IMG/VR virus record: IMGVR_UViG_3300028886_000061
Coordinates: 73,635-113,809 of that record
DNA length: 40,175 nucleotides
Source: a virus
Lineage: Duplodnaviria; Heunggongvirae; Uroviricota; Caudoviricetes
Direction: 5' to 3' (one strand)
This document shows positions 18,797 to 28,502 of this stretch, one piece after another (position 1 is the first letter of the stretch; each line of letters starts with the position of its first letter). A model generated the notes under the pieces. It was not told the DNA's origin, ran no database searches, and was given only the letters and a program-made list of their open reading frames with translations. A program made the position numbers and the translations under genes.

Positions 18797-19807
18797 TTAT
18801 TCTTTCTTTTTACAGGCGTCTACCATCTTTTGATAGACGCTTTTTAGTTTATCGGGAAGCATTCGTTTACATACAGTATCCACATTTAGGATATCGGTAC
18901 TTTCGAATAATATGTGTTCAGTTTCAGCTATAGGCGTAAGAATAGCCCCAAAGTTATCAGTGAGTTCCTTAATGGTCTTTTTATGATCATCCACGTGGGA
19001 TTGTTTAATAAGGATCTCCACGTAGTCATCCTCCTGTATACCAAGATCTTTCCAATTTTCGAGTTCATCCTCATTAATGGTGTGAAAATGTATGGAGGAA
19101 TGTATAGGATGGAAAGTCAAATCATCACTATCAATAAGTGTCCAGAAACCTCGCTGTGAGTTTGTATCGGTAAAATCGATCGGATATGTTGCTCCGGTAA
19201 CCAACAAACCTCCTTCTTCCCATTCGTCCTTGGGCTGGTGAATATGACCTGTAATCAAACAATGACCTTTGATGATATTTTGAATATCCGGATCCATATG
19301 AAATGGATCTGTATGGGTAATGATGATATCTGTAAGGCTTGATGAATGCTTGATTGCATCCCGTAACATCCGCTTATTATGGAATACAAACCAGGGTATT
19401 AGTAATGCACCAATATTTGGATCGAAAACTGCATTATCCACCACGATTTCTATATTATTAAATTTCGGAAGCATTTTAATACTGGTGAAGTTATTATCGC
19501 TCTCCCAAGGATAGTAATAGTCGTGGTTGCCACCGATTATATACATTCGACCGGATACTTTAGTGAGTGTATTATCCATCTTATTCAGTAACTCCTCGAC
19601 TCCGCGCCATACCATTGGATTAATAGCTGAACGGGAATCAAATAAATCTCCCACATGCACCACGGTGAGACTATTAAACTCTGCCTTGTTTGTATTTATA
19701 TAATCGATGATCTCCTCGAATCCAGCCTTTTGATGTTTAAGCCAGGTCATTGAATTATTACGGGCTCCAAAGTGGGTGTCACCTATAATCAACAACACAT
19801 TCCTCAC
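18797..19807 (-). CDS. gp47: Recombination endonuclease nuclease subunit (T4 gp47/SbcD/Mre11-like metallophosphoesterase)
   Basis: Motifs GDTHFG, GDLFD, GGNHD, GHIH; near the gp46-like gene; GTG start. Confidence 0.92.
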   Translation of the reverse strand: MRNVLLIIGDTHFGARNNSMTWLKHQKAGFEEIIDYINTNKAEFNSLTVVHVGDLFDSRSAINPMVWRGVEELLNKMDNTLTKVSGRMYIIGGNHDYYYPWESDNNFTSIKMLPKFNNIEIVVDNAVFDPNIGALLIPWFVFHNKRMLRDAIKHSSSLTDIIITHTDPFHMDPDIQNIIKGHCLITGHIHQPKDEWEEGGLLVTGATYPIDFTDTNSQRGFWTLIDSDDLTFHPIHSSIHFHTINEDELENWKDLGIQEDDYVEILIKQSHVDDHKKTIKELTDNFGAILTPIAETEHILFESTDILNVDTVCKRMLPDKLKSVYQKMVDACKKKE

Positions 19808-19808
19808 A

Positions 19809-19955
19809 TTATTTTTTCTTCTTTTTCTTCACTGTTTTAAACATATGATCCATCTCGGGATCTATAATATGACTCCAACGGGAATCTATTTTAAGGGATT
19901 CTAATGGGAAATCCTTAATCTCTTGCTTTGTTATTTGGATGGAAACACTTATCAT
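19809..19955 (-). CDS. Small protein (48 aa), MISVSIQITKQEIKDFPLESLKIDSRWSHIIDPEMDHMFKTVKKKKKK
   Basis: Below the track cutoff. Fills the gap exactly: ATG overlaps the upstream stop (TAATG) and its TAA lies 1 nt before the gp47 GTG. Confidence 0.65.
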   Translation of the reverse strand: MISVSIQITKQEIKDFPLESLKIDSRWSHIIDPEMDHMFKTVKKKKKK

Positions 19956-20401
19956 TATTGTTTTGCTATTTCTTCTTCCACGAATGAAAATGAATTGTTG
20001 TGTAATTTATTTGGTGATATAAGAGTATTCGATTGAGGATAAACACCATCACGTGGGATAACTATGAATTTTCTGGACAGAGTGCCCTTTTGAAGAGCAT
20101 CCCGGATGGCATCACTTACGAGTTTAAATGTCTTGGTTACTGCAAAGCCACGACGAATTGGCCCGTCTCCATCCCTCATAAATGTGGAGGTTAACATCTG
20201 GTACATTTTATACTCTGCATTACCTTCATCATTTATATTATAGAAACATGCAAAAGCGTATGGTCCATTTGCTTCCCAATATTTCATCCATTCCCATAGG
20301 TTGACCTCTGATAGAATGATAGGAATGTCGACAGGAGATACTATATCGAAACTATCGTCAAATCCAGGGGTAAATGAACAGTTGACGTGAATCTTCTTCA
20401 T
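19955..20401 (-). CDS. Hypothetical protein (148 aa)
   Basis: ORF track; tightly packed between gp46 and gp47. Confidence 0.7.
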   Translation of the reverse strand: MKKIHVNCSFTPGFDDSFDIVSPVDIPIILSEVNLWEWMKYWEANGPYAFACFYNINDEGNAEYKMYQMLTSTFMRDGDGPIRRGFAVTKTFKLVSDAIRDALQKGTLSRKFIVIPRDGVYPQSNTLISPNKLHNNSFSFVEEEIAKQ

Positions 20402-20402
20402 A

Positions 20403-22016
20403 TTACTTTGATATATTTATTATTGAGTACTCGGATATACCGGCTGTACGGGTGACCTTAATAACACCATCCAGATACTGTTGATTGATTGGAGAGTGGG
20501 ATATAAGGAACATTACGTCCTTATCATCAATGGTACCTCTTAATAACGAACACATTGTATCACGCAGATCTGCATCGATGTTACCTATCAGTTCATCCAT
20601 AAAGTAGACGTTGAAATCTATCTGGGTGATGAATGTTTTGATGAATGCGAGAATGATAATCATATCAATCACTTTCTTCTGTCCTGTGGATAGACTGGAC
20701 ACCGGTATGGTTTCATTAAACGGGTTCTTCATCATACATTTGAATGTATCATCAAAGTATACCACGTAATTCTGGTGGGCCAACGACATATAATACTGAA
20801 TATATCTATTGATATTTGGTATGATGGATGATATGATTGTTGGACGAACCTGATCCCGGATAAAATCAAGCATCTCCTGCCAGTCAATTTTCTCCTTATT
20901 AAGATTCTCGATTACATCCTCGTAATTCTTTATCTCCTTTCGGTGATCATCTTTTTTCTTCTCGATTGCTGCCAATTGTTTTGAGTAATCCTGGGTTTTC
21001 ATCATTTCCCACTTGAGGATACTATGTTCATCTTCAAGTTTATCAAGAACAGCATGCATCTTTTGGTCATAATCTATTGATTTCTTTGCTCGTAGATCCA
21101 ACGTCAGCTTTGTATGTTCAACCAATTCCTCACGTTCCTTTATCTCATTCTCCATCTCCTCGATGTGTTCTGGTGTCACTGGGTTACCACATAGTGGACA
21201 TATACCACCCTTAAGTTTCTTGTAGTTATCCTTAATTGATTTTAAGGTAACAGATGCAGCTTTATGTTTATTGGATATATCATTGGATGCCTCGATCAAT
21301 TCACGGTGGTGCTTTTGAAACTCTTCCTTCTTGGCATCCCATTCTGCTTTCTTCTTACTCCACAACTCGGTAATCTCCTGCAGGTTGGAATATTTAGGCT
21401 TCTGTGGGGTGACATCATCGAGGGACTTCAACGCACCACTGTTCTCCGCAAGTTTATTTTGAGCCACTATTATATTCTTATCACATTCTTTTATCTGCTC
21501 CTTGCAGTACGCCTCATATTGTTCGATGCGGTCGAATGCGATTGTGGAATTAAGGAACTCTCTCGAATCCGATGTATTGAGTGTGGATAGTGATTTGAAG
21601 TTATTAAACGATATTATACATAGCAGCTCCAGCGTTGGTCTGGATATATCATACCACTCGCTTTCAAGGATGCCTTGAATGGATCGTTTATCGCTACCTA
21701 ATATCTCCTCATTCTCTATGGTTGCAGTCAATGGTGATTGACCATATGCATTGATCTCTCTCCTTATATATAGATGCCGGTTCTTTGTGTACACCCATGC
21801 TTCAACCAATGCATGTTTCTTACCCCACGAAATAAGACTCTCGTTTGTCTTACCACGAACTGTACCGAACAATGCGAATATAATGGCTTCCCCAATAGTA
21901 GTCTTACCGGATCCCACTACGCCGGATATCTCCCATAGTCCATTAATTTCCTGAAAGTTAATATCAAGTTCCGGTATTGATTTAAAATTAGTAATCCTTA
22001 TTCGGTCTATTTGCAT
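20403..22016 (-). CDS. gp46: Recombination endonuclease ATPase subunit (T4 gp46/SbcC/Rad50-like)
   Basis: Walker A GVVGSGKTT, coiled coil with CPLC zinc hook, signature LSTGQKK, Walker B YFMDE. Confidence 0.93.
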   Translation of the reverse strand: MQIDRIRITNFKSIPELDINFQEINGLWEISGVVGSGKTTIGEAIIFALFGTVRGKTNESLISWGKKHALVEAWVYTKNRHLYIRREINAYGQSPLTATIENEEILGSDKRSIQGILESEWYDISRPTLELLCIISFNNFKSLSTLNTSDSREFLNSTIAFDRIEQYEAYCKEQIKECDKNIIVAQNKLAENSGALKSLDDVTPQKPKYSNLQEITELWSKKKAEWDAKKEEFQKHHRELIEASNDISNKHKAASVTLKSIKDNYKKLKGGICPLCGNPVTPEHIEEMENEIKEREELVEHTKLTLDLRAKKSIDYDQKMHAVLDKLEDEHSILKWEMMKTQDYSKQLAAIEKKKDDHRKEIKNYEDVIENLNKEKIDWQEMLDFIRDQVRPTIISSIIPNINRYIQYYMSLAHQNYVVYFDDTFKCMMKNPFNETIPVSSLSTGQKKVIDMIIILAFIKTFITQIDFNVYFMDELIGNIDADLRDTMCSLLRGTIDDKDVMFLISHSPINQQYLDGVIKVTRTAGISEYSIINISK

Positions 22017-22073
22017 ATAGACTTCATACTTTATTTGGGTTAATATATTAACTTTATGGATTTTTTTAAAAAC

Positions 22074-22110
22074 AAGTTAAGATCCTTGTGATATCAATTA
22101 TATATATTTG
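22074..22110 (+). promoter_or_regulatory. Conserved phage promoter motif, copy 3
   Basis: AAGTTAAG-N12-TCAATTATATATATTTG, upstream of ATG 22133. Confidence 0.7.
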
Positions 22111-22132
22111 TAAAAAGAAAAGGAACAATACA

Positions 22133-22456
22133 ATGAACGCAAACATTAACCCCAGCCCCTACCAGACCACCAAGAACCTCTACCGCGAGGTTATCCGTCA
22201 AACCCTGATTGAGCACAACGTTGCCAGTCTGCATATGAAGAACAAGAAGGAACCGTTCTTCGAAGACGTGGTGGTAAATCCCGATGGCACTCTGAAGGTC
22301 ACACGCGGTGTTTCCCTGGACAATTTCTACTTTGACTTCACCAACGACTTTGCCCGCTGCCTCTCCTACATTGAGGACGCCATCTACTGTGCCGAGCGCA
22401 AGATGAAGGTCACTGACAACAACTACCACGGTATCACCGTTGTGTTCGCCAACTGA
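22133..22456 (+). CDS. Hypothetical protein (107 aa from ATG 22133)
   Basis: Track ORF 22088..22456; ATG after an A-rich leader; strongly biased C-ending codons suggest high expression. Confidence 0.75.
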   Translation: MNANINPSPYQTTKNLYREVIRQTLIEHNVASLHMKNKKEPFFEDVVVNPDGTLKVTRGVSLDNFYFDFTNDFARCLSYIEDAIYCAERKMKVTDNNYHGITVVFAN

Positions 22457-22485
22457 ATTTACTAATTTTCCAAAAATATAAATAT

Positions 22486-22731
22486 ATGGCAGAAATTTTC
22501 AATCACGACACCACCAACCCCGAACTCAAACCTTGTCCGTTTTGTGGGACTGCTCCTGTATGGTATCTCAAAGGGAATAATTTCACGAAGTCTCGCACAG
22601 TTATCATTAGATGCCCACATTGCAGGGTGGAGATGCAATCTTCCGGTATCCGCCTATCAGGTGAGGAAATTGCCGACATTGTAATGAGAAGTCAACTTCG
22701 AGTACACCAAGAAGGATGGTACTATCCGTAA
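22486..22731 (+). CDS. Lar-like (restriction alleviation family) Zn-finger protein with an apparently foreign C-terminus
   Basis: ELKPCPFCG...RCPHC; the WN-R-type ending I expect in this family is absent. Confidence 0.6.
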   Translation: MAEIFNHDTTNPELKPCPFCGTAPVWYLKGNNFTKSRTVIIRCPHCRVEMQSSGIRLSGEEIADIVMRSQLRVHQEGWYYP

Positions 22732-22912
22732 GGCACGAGGAACTCTCGATATGGGGATGATCCCTGAATCATATCGTCCCGTATTCCAACCAACCGCTCC
22801 TGATAACGTTCGTTACTGGGATCTGGATGTTCAAGGCTGGCGATCCTTCCGGCCGGAAAACTTCATTCGTATCGTGGAAGATAGCACCGACAAACCATCA
22901 CAGTACGTATGA
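22688..22912 (+). pseudogene. Start-less WYL-like (WYL_2/DUF2693-type SH3-fold) reading frame, 74 aa
   Basis: EVNFEYTKKDGTIRKARGTL...YWDLDVQGWRSFRPEN; immediately preceded in frame by TAA TGA; its TGA overlaps the next ATG (ATGA). Confidence 0.7.
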
Positions 22913-23310
22913 AACATCTTGGCATATTCCTGATACTGCTGGGCCTTCTAATTCCTACGAGGGCCCAGTGGAGTATCAATATGAAGGATACATCATTAAC
23001 TTTCAAGTATGAACAATGCCCTTATCCGGCCAAAATTTTATATGTTAATCCATCCAACATGCATCTCGGAGACGCCGTGGAGATCGATATGGTCTTTCTC
23101 GACTATACATCAACCCCTATACATACGATCGATGTAGTACAACTGGATGGTAGCGATCCAGAAAGTTATCAGACATTTATCTATTTCATTATCAATGCAT
23201 ATGGTTGGGTTGAAATGACTGTGCATAGTAGTGATGGTTATATATATATAATTATGTACTATCGACGATGCAGGCATACGAGGCTGAAACCCGACGATTA
23301 TGGTAGTTAA
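22909..23310 (+). CDS. Putative secreted/periplasmic protein (133 aa) with signal peptide
   Basis: MKHLGIFLILLGLLIPTRA|Q signal-peptide-like N-terminus. Confidence 0.65.
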   Translation: MKHLGIFLILLGLLIPTRAQWSINMKDTSLTFKYEQCPYPAKILYVNPSNMHLGDAVEIDMVFLDYTSTPIHTIDVVQLDGSDPESYQTFIYFIINAYGWVEMTVHSSDGYIYIIMYYRRCRHTRLKPDDYGS

Positions 23311-23342
23311 TTTTGATTTGATTTTCCTTATATATAAACGAT

Positions 23343-23459
23343 ATGGATGAGAAATTTTTATCATACGAAATTGAGTTTGATTGGGATGATCCCATCGGCG
23401 TACACCGTTGTTTATATTGGCGTATCAAACCGAGACAAATAGAATCGCGTAAAGATTAA
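23343..23459 (+). CDS. Possible small protein (38 aa)
   Basis: MDEKFLSYEIEFDWDDPIGVHRCLYWRIKPRQIESRKD fills the gap and ends 1 nt before the next ATG. Confidence 0.35.
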   Translation: MDEKFLSYEIEFDWDDPIGVHRCLYWRIKPRQIESRKD

Positions 23460-23460
23460 T

Positions 23461-23868
23461 ATGAAAGAATATCCAAAATTCACAAAGGAACAGCGCAGTA
23501 CATTCCCGTACTGGTTTTGGCATTGGGTTGCCTTTAATAGAACCGCCAGGGAGTGGCACGTATGGAAATTTCATCATCTTTTCCACGATATTGAAAAGCC
23601 ATTCCTACGTTTGTTGTTCCCATATGAGAAGGTCCAGAAGTGGCATCGAAGAAACAACAACCATCATCTCGAATACAAAAACCCATGTAAACGCAATTGG
23701 GAGGATATGGTAATTGACTGGGAGTGTTCAAGGCTGACCAAGGTTGCATGCCCTCGCAATGCCATAGAAGAGGCCAACTTCAAACTTGATGAAGGGTCAA
23801 TGTCGTATGAAGACTACCAGATATTTATAGGTATTTGGCGTATAATGGTTAAAAATAAACACAAATAA
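23461..23868 (+). CDS. HD-domain-like protein (resembles DUF5662)
   Basis: HDIEK...HRRNNNHHLEY...MVIDWE pattern. Confidence 0.55.
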   Translation: MKEYPKFTKEQRSTFPYWFWHWVAFNRTAREWHVWKFHHLFHDIEKPFLRLLFPYEKVQKWHRRNNNHHLEYKNPCKRNWEDMVIDWECSRLTKVACPRNAIEEANFKLDEGSMSYEDYQIFIGIWRIMVKNKHK

Positions 23869-23869
23869 T

Positions 23870-24091
23870 ATGGATAAATTCATAAAGATTCTAACTATCA
23901 TCATTAAAATCATTCTTGATATAGTCGTATTTGGTATATTCTTTATCAATGCAACTCTTTTCAGATCCGTATATGATCTTGTATTACCGGAAGCACCGGA
24001 TTGGCCAGCACATATCTTTGTGATTTTGATGGGAGGATTATATGTGTATGTAATAGGCCATATTAATAGGGATGATAGTATAATGAAATAG
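23870..24091 (+). CDS. Small membrane protein (73 aa, two hydrophobic segments)
   Basis: ORF track; two TM-like stretches. Confidence 0.65.
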   Translation: MDKFIKILTIIIKIILDIVVFGIFFINATLFRSVYDLVLPEAPDWPAHIFVILMGGLYVYVIGHINRDDSIMK

Positions 24092-24099
24092 ATTGGAAT

Positions 24100-24495
24100 A
24101 TGAGCTACCGAACACATTTTGAACGTGATGTGCAGGAACGTACACAGAACCTTCCAATTCATATGGCTCTCACCCAGGAGACTATAGATGAACGTAAAAA
24201 AGATCGTGAGGATCTCAATAATATCACCACCCGGCGATTGACTTCAATATGGATGTGCAAGATGTTATCTATAACCCATAATTGGCATCCTGGTGTTATC
24301 TCTGCGCTTCAATGCTATGATTATATAAATCAACTGATATGCAATATAAAGAACCATAATATAACCTCTGATTATTGCATACCCAACGAGTATTGCGATT
24401 ACTTCCTGACCACAGATCCAGATATAATTAAGAGGATTATTCAAGACGAGTTAAGGTATCATTTAGAATTATGGTCTGCACATCATAATGATTGA
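24100..24495 (+). CDS. Hypothetical protein (131 aa)
   Basis: ORF track. Confidence 0.6.
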   Translation: MSYRTHFERDVQERTQNLPIHMALTQETIDERKKDREDLNNITTRRLTSIWMCKMLSITHNWHPGVISALQCYDYINQLICNIKNHNITSDYCIPNEYCDYFLTTDPDIIKRIIQDELRYHLELWSAHHND

Positions 24496-24520
24496 TTTCA
24501 AAATATCCGTTTTAAACGAC

Positions 24521-24563
24521 GATCGCATCGTCCCTGTATAGTTACTCGAGGGACGATGCGATC
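24521..24563. repeat. Dispersed palindrome family, copy 2 (compensatory stem changes)
   Basis: GATCGCATCGTCCC-TGTATAGTTACTCGA-GGGACGATGCGATC. Confidence 0.85.
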
Positions 24564-24594
24564 TTTTATTAGGGAGCGAATTATCGCGCAAAAA

Positions 24595-25314
24595 TCATGT
24601 TTTTTTCTTCTTTGTCTGTACCACATTATGGTTATGTTTCTTCACCCACTGCTTCCAGTAGTTCATAATGGCAGCTCGGGTTTGTTTTTTAAACCATCCT
24701 TCAGTAAATACAGCTACATGCCACATCTGTGGTGGTATCATGCGAACCCTATTAATAAGTGAAGGATCATACATACGTACACCAAATTCCAATCCGGCAC
24801 TCTCCAATGCATTAATAAGATATCTATAATCAAATGCATCGACGGCTGATGCCTTACCTTCCTTGAAGTATTTTGTATATATTGGCTTATAGATTGAGAA
24901 TATCTTATTCATTATATTATAACGCATCTTGGGCGGGTAGTAATGGATATTAAATCCAAGTACACGTTTGCCTTGTGATGTGGTTACAACATTAAAAAAC
25001 ACAGTACACGGACTCGCGTCCCAATAGTCAAGTTCTTCTTTTGTTTTTGGTTCGAAGTACTCAAACATTATAAGTTGTCCTGGCTGTATGTTGCCAGCAC
25101 CCATCACTTTAATATGGTCTTCAAGAAATGCTCGGGCTTTTTCATCACTTCCACCGGACCTTCTATAATATGGGGTCTTTTTAATTTCCTTTATAAGGGA
25201 ATATCGAGGACCAGCGGATTCAGGTAATTCCTGTTCCACTTTCTGATTAACCCTATCACGGGACTTAATCTTACGTTTCTCTTTCCACTCTTTTGCCTTA
25301 TCGAGAATACCCAT
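24595..25314 (-). CDS. gp2: DNA end protector protein (T4 gp2-like)
   Basis: PGQLIMFEYFEPKTKEELDYWDASP...LGFNIHYYPPKMR matches the gp2 pattern (YMFxYDPK...YYDxFP...GxNLHYLP). Confidence 0.8.
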   Translation of the reverse strand: MGILDKAKEWKEKRKIKSRDRVNQKVEQELPESAGPRYSLIKEIKKTPYYRRSGGSDEKARAFLEDHIKVMGAGNIQPGQLIMFEYFEPKTKEELDYWDASPCTVFFNVVTTSQGKRVLGFNIHYYPPKMRYNIMNKIFSIYKPIYTKYFKEGKASAVDAFDYRYLINALESAGLEFGVRMYDPSLINRVRMIPPQMWHVAVFTEGWFKKQTRAAIMNYWKQWVKKHNHNVVQTKKKKT

Positions 25315-27281
25315 TATTCTTCCTCGTTCTTTTTAGTGGTTTTCTTGGTTTTCTTCACCGGTTTATCATCATCCTCTTCCTTTTTCTCGGGTTTCTTATC
25401 CTCCTTTTTTTCATCCTTCTTCTCATTCACCGGATGGTTGGATAATTTCTCGAGAATCATATTCTTGAGGGTATTTATCTCCTGCTGCATTGCCTCCATA
25501 CTACCCATAGCTTGGGCATCCGAAGATTCGCCACCAGCCAAGTGCAACTCATCGATCTCCTCTTGTTTATACTTATCATTCAACTTAATATCAGCATCTG
25601 ATAAGTGCAGATACTTTTGTACAAGGAACTTACTTGAAAAGTATTTGATTTCATTGCCTTGCACATCCATATCCACCATAGATTCTTTCATATTTTGGAT
25701 GAACTCAACGCGGCGATCCATTAATTGAAGGGTCATCAATTCCTCGAAAAGGTTATATGATTTAAACTGTAACTGGACACAAGATTGGAATTCCTTATTG
25801 GCCTGCATCTCGGGAATATCTAAACATAGCTGTAACCAGATAGGTTTCAATATAATCTGCGAGAATGGATTACGCATACGTGTTACATAACGGCCAAAGT
25901 CGATTTCAGTACGTAAATATGACTCTGCATCCGTACCAAACCAGTTGGGGCTATCATCCTGTTCAAATCGATTGATAGGGATCTTCGATATCTTATAAAG
26001 GATATTTTTGAAGAATTTTAGATAATCACTATCCATCAATTCAGGACCATCACCACCCAATGTTTCGATTTCAGGTGTACCTGCTTCGCTTTCCGGCATC
26101 CAATATTCTTTATTGAATGGCATCTGTGGTTTACCATTAATGGTCAATTCTCCGGTATCTGATATAAATTGAATATCCTCGCGGTATCTATTCATTGCTG
26201 CATTAAGGGTTTGTGAGCCACGAGCACGGTTCATACCTTTAACCGGGATGGTAAATTTGGTCTTGAATTGGGCGTTTGTGACCACCCATATAATCTGGGC
26301 CTGTTCGATGATACGATATATATTATATGGTCTAATCAGTCGTTCGAGGTAAGAAAGTCTTGATATTGATTTAGTTTCCTGGAATTGGATATAGATAACC
26401 TGTGCATCGAGGAGTTTGCGTTCCTTACCTTCTATACCGGCGAACTGTACCCAATACCATTTATCGTTCTCGAATTTCTTGGTAAGTGTTGCTGGATCCA
26501 ATTCGATCAATCCAATGATGCGGGTTGGTTTTTCAAGATTATCATATACAATCTCCCATGCAAGGATACCTTCGATCAACCAACGTTTAAAAAGATCCCA
26601 CGCACCGGTTCGCCATCCGAGCATTCTATAAAAACGCTTAAACGACTTGGTAACCGAATCATTGATTTTGGTTTGTACATCCTTGGTGAAATCGATCAGG
26701 TCATTATCATCAATATATGGTTCTGCGAAATATACGTAATTGGAATCATACACGATGGCCTCATTAGACATCGTATCGAGGATATCTTCGAGTTCCGGTT
26801 GCATTGCCAATGCACGTAATGAATCGCGTTTCGTGGCGAAGTCTTTCTCAAAGAATGACTTATCTTTATTATCTTTGGTCTTCCAAGCAGACATTAATTG
26901 ATTATAAAGAGATGATGTAACCTCCTGCTTTTCCTTTGGGAGTAAATCCTTATCGGCAGGTAAGGCACGCATGTTCTTAATAACCTGTTCATCCAACGAC
27001 ATACCCAGACGGGACATATTGGAGAAGAACTTATTAATGGTACGTTTGGATTTCTTTTCCCTGGCTTCTATCTCTGCCTGCGAGTACTTAGGTGCATACC
27101 TGGTGGTCTGCTTAAAACCGGGTATATTATTTGGACGACCGTAGTCAGCGGCTTCATTCATCATATTATCTGCATCTATAAAACCGTGGTCTTGTGACTC
27201 GTAAAGAGTCTTGAATCCAAATTCCATATCCTGTGTTGTATGTGTATTATCCATAATTACATATTCGAAAAGTATTTCCAT
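25314..27281 (-). CDS. gp20: Portal protein (T4 gp20-like)
   Basis: IIGLIELDPATL; YLERLIRPYNIYRIIEQAQIIW; KEYWMPESEAGTPEIETLGGDG (compare EDYWLPRREG...EISTLPGG); K/E-rich C-tail. The true start may be a downstream Met. Confidence 0.9.
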   Translation of the reverse strand: MEILFEYVIMDNTHTTQDMEFGFKTLYESQDHGFIDADNMMNEAADYGRPNNIPGFKQTTRYAPKYSQAEIEAREKKSKRTINKFFSNMSRLGMSLDEQVIKNMRALPADKDLLPKEKQEVTSSLYNQLMSAWKTKDNKDKSFFEKDFATKRDSLRALAMQPELEDILDTMSNEAIVYDSNYVYFAEPYIDDNDLIDFTKDVQTKINDSVTKSFKRFYRMLGWRTGAWDLFKRWLIEGILAWEIVYDNLEKPTRIIGLIELDPATLTKKFENDKWYWVQFAGIEGKERKLLDAQVIYIQFQETKSISRLSYLERLIRPYNIYRIIEQAQIIWVVTNAQFKTKFTIPVKGMNRARGSQTLNAAMNRYREDIQFISDTGELTINGKPQMPFNKEYWMPESEAGTPEIETLGGDGPELMDSDYLKFFKNILYKISKIPINRFEQDDSPNWFGTDAESYLRTEIDFGRYVTRMRNPFSQIILKPIWLQLCLDIPEMQANKEFQSCVQLQFKSYNLFEELMTLQLMDRRVEFIQNMKESMVDMDVQGNEIKYFSSKFLVQKYLHLSDADIKLNDKYKQEEIDELHLAGGESSDAQAMGSMEAMQQEINTLKNMILEKLSNHPVNEKKDEKKEDKKPEKKEEDDDKPVKKTKKTTKKNEEE

Positions 27282-27395
27282 TTAATAATACATGATGAAA
27301 GATTGAGGCTTAAGGAATACATTGTTGAAAAGCCTAATAAATTACTTAAATAGACATATGGAATGAGTATTTTATAACAAATAAACCGAGTATAT

Positions 27396-28439
27396 ATGTC
27401 GAAAAATGATACCATTTTGATTACTGGTGTAGCCGGCCTATTAGGTTATAATATGGCTACTTGGTTATTGAATCATACAGACCATCGGGTAATCGGTGTC
27501 GATGCTATGTATAATTGGGGTAATAACAACGAGGTAACTCCAAATATTCGATATGATTTCCATCGTTTGGATCTTACAAGGGATCCCAAGAAGTTTGATC
27601 AAATCGTAAAGGAAAACAACGTCCGGTATATTTATCATTTTGCTAGTTACGCCGCAGAAGGTCTTTCGCCATTTATGCGCCGTTTTAACTATATGCAAAA
27701 TACCATTGCATCATCCACAGTCATCAACGCAGCCATAGCTAATGATTGTAAAATAATATTTACCAGTTCGATGTCTGTGTACGGGTATGGTAAATGTCAG
27801 GAATCCACTCTGTTATATGATGAAAGGGATACTCCTAAACCCATTGATCCATACGGCATTGCAAAATATGGTATTGAGATGGACCTTCGGGTAGCCGGTG
27901 AACAGCATGGGTTGGAATGGGTTATCATTCGTCCACATAACGTGTTTGGAATCGGCCAGAATGTTAACGATCGTTATCGTAATGTGCTTGGAATCTGGAT
28001 GCATCAGGCATTCAATGGAGAACCCCTCACTATTTATGGTGATGGTAAGCAGGAACGAGCATTCACATATATTGATAATATTCTCGAACCATTATATAAA
28101 GCAAAAGACCTTACAAATGAGGTGATCAACCTTGGCGGTGTTAATGGTATCACCCTTAATGATGCATGTGAGATTGTAAAGAAAATCACCAGGGCTACCG
28201 AAGTAGTGCATCTCGAACCACGTCATGAAGTCAAACGAGCCATTCCAAATCCAGCGCGTTCGATTAAACTTCTTGACTATAAAGACGTAGTGAGTTTCGA
28301 AGAAGGTTTACAGCGCATGTGGGCTTGGGTAAGACTGGAGCACAAGGTTAAAGACTGGTATGTGTGGGATACCTTCGAATTGGATAAGGGTATTTATAGT
28401 TACTGGAAGAGAATACTACCAAAACACACCAAGAACTGA
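27396..28439 (+). CDS. NAD-dependent epimerase/dehydratase (extended SDR)
   Basis: GVAGLLG (GxxGxxG), TSSMSVYG, YGIAK (YxxxK), RPHNVFG. Confidence 0.92.
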   Translation: MSKNDTILITGVAGLLGYNMATWLLNHTDHRVIGVDAMYNWGNNNEVTPNIRYDFHRLDLTRDPKKFDQIVKENNVRYIYHFASYAAEGLSPFMRRFNYMQNTIASSTVINAAIANDCKIIFTSSMSVYGYGKCQESTLLYDERDTPKPIDPYGIAKYGIEMDLRVAGEQHGLEWVIIRPHNVFGIGQNVNDRYRNVLGIWMHQAFNGEPLTIYGDGKQERAFTYIDNILEPLYKAKDLTNEVINLGGVNGITLNDACEIVKKITRATEVVHLEPRHEVKRAIPNPARSIKLLDYKDVVSFEEGLQRMWAWVRLEHKVKDWYVWDTFELDKGIYSYWKRILPKHTKN

Positions 28440-28456
28440 AAGTAATAAATACAGAT

Positions 28457-28485
28457 AAAAAAAGGAGCTCATCGAGCTCCTTTTT
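28457..28485. terminator. Bidirectional intrinsic terminator
   Basis: AAAAAAAGGAGCTC-ATC-GAGCTCCTTTTT between the convergent epimerase and tail tube genes. Confidence 0.85.
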
Positions 28486-28502
28486 ATTTTATAGGGAATT
28501 GA

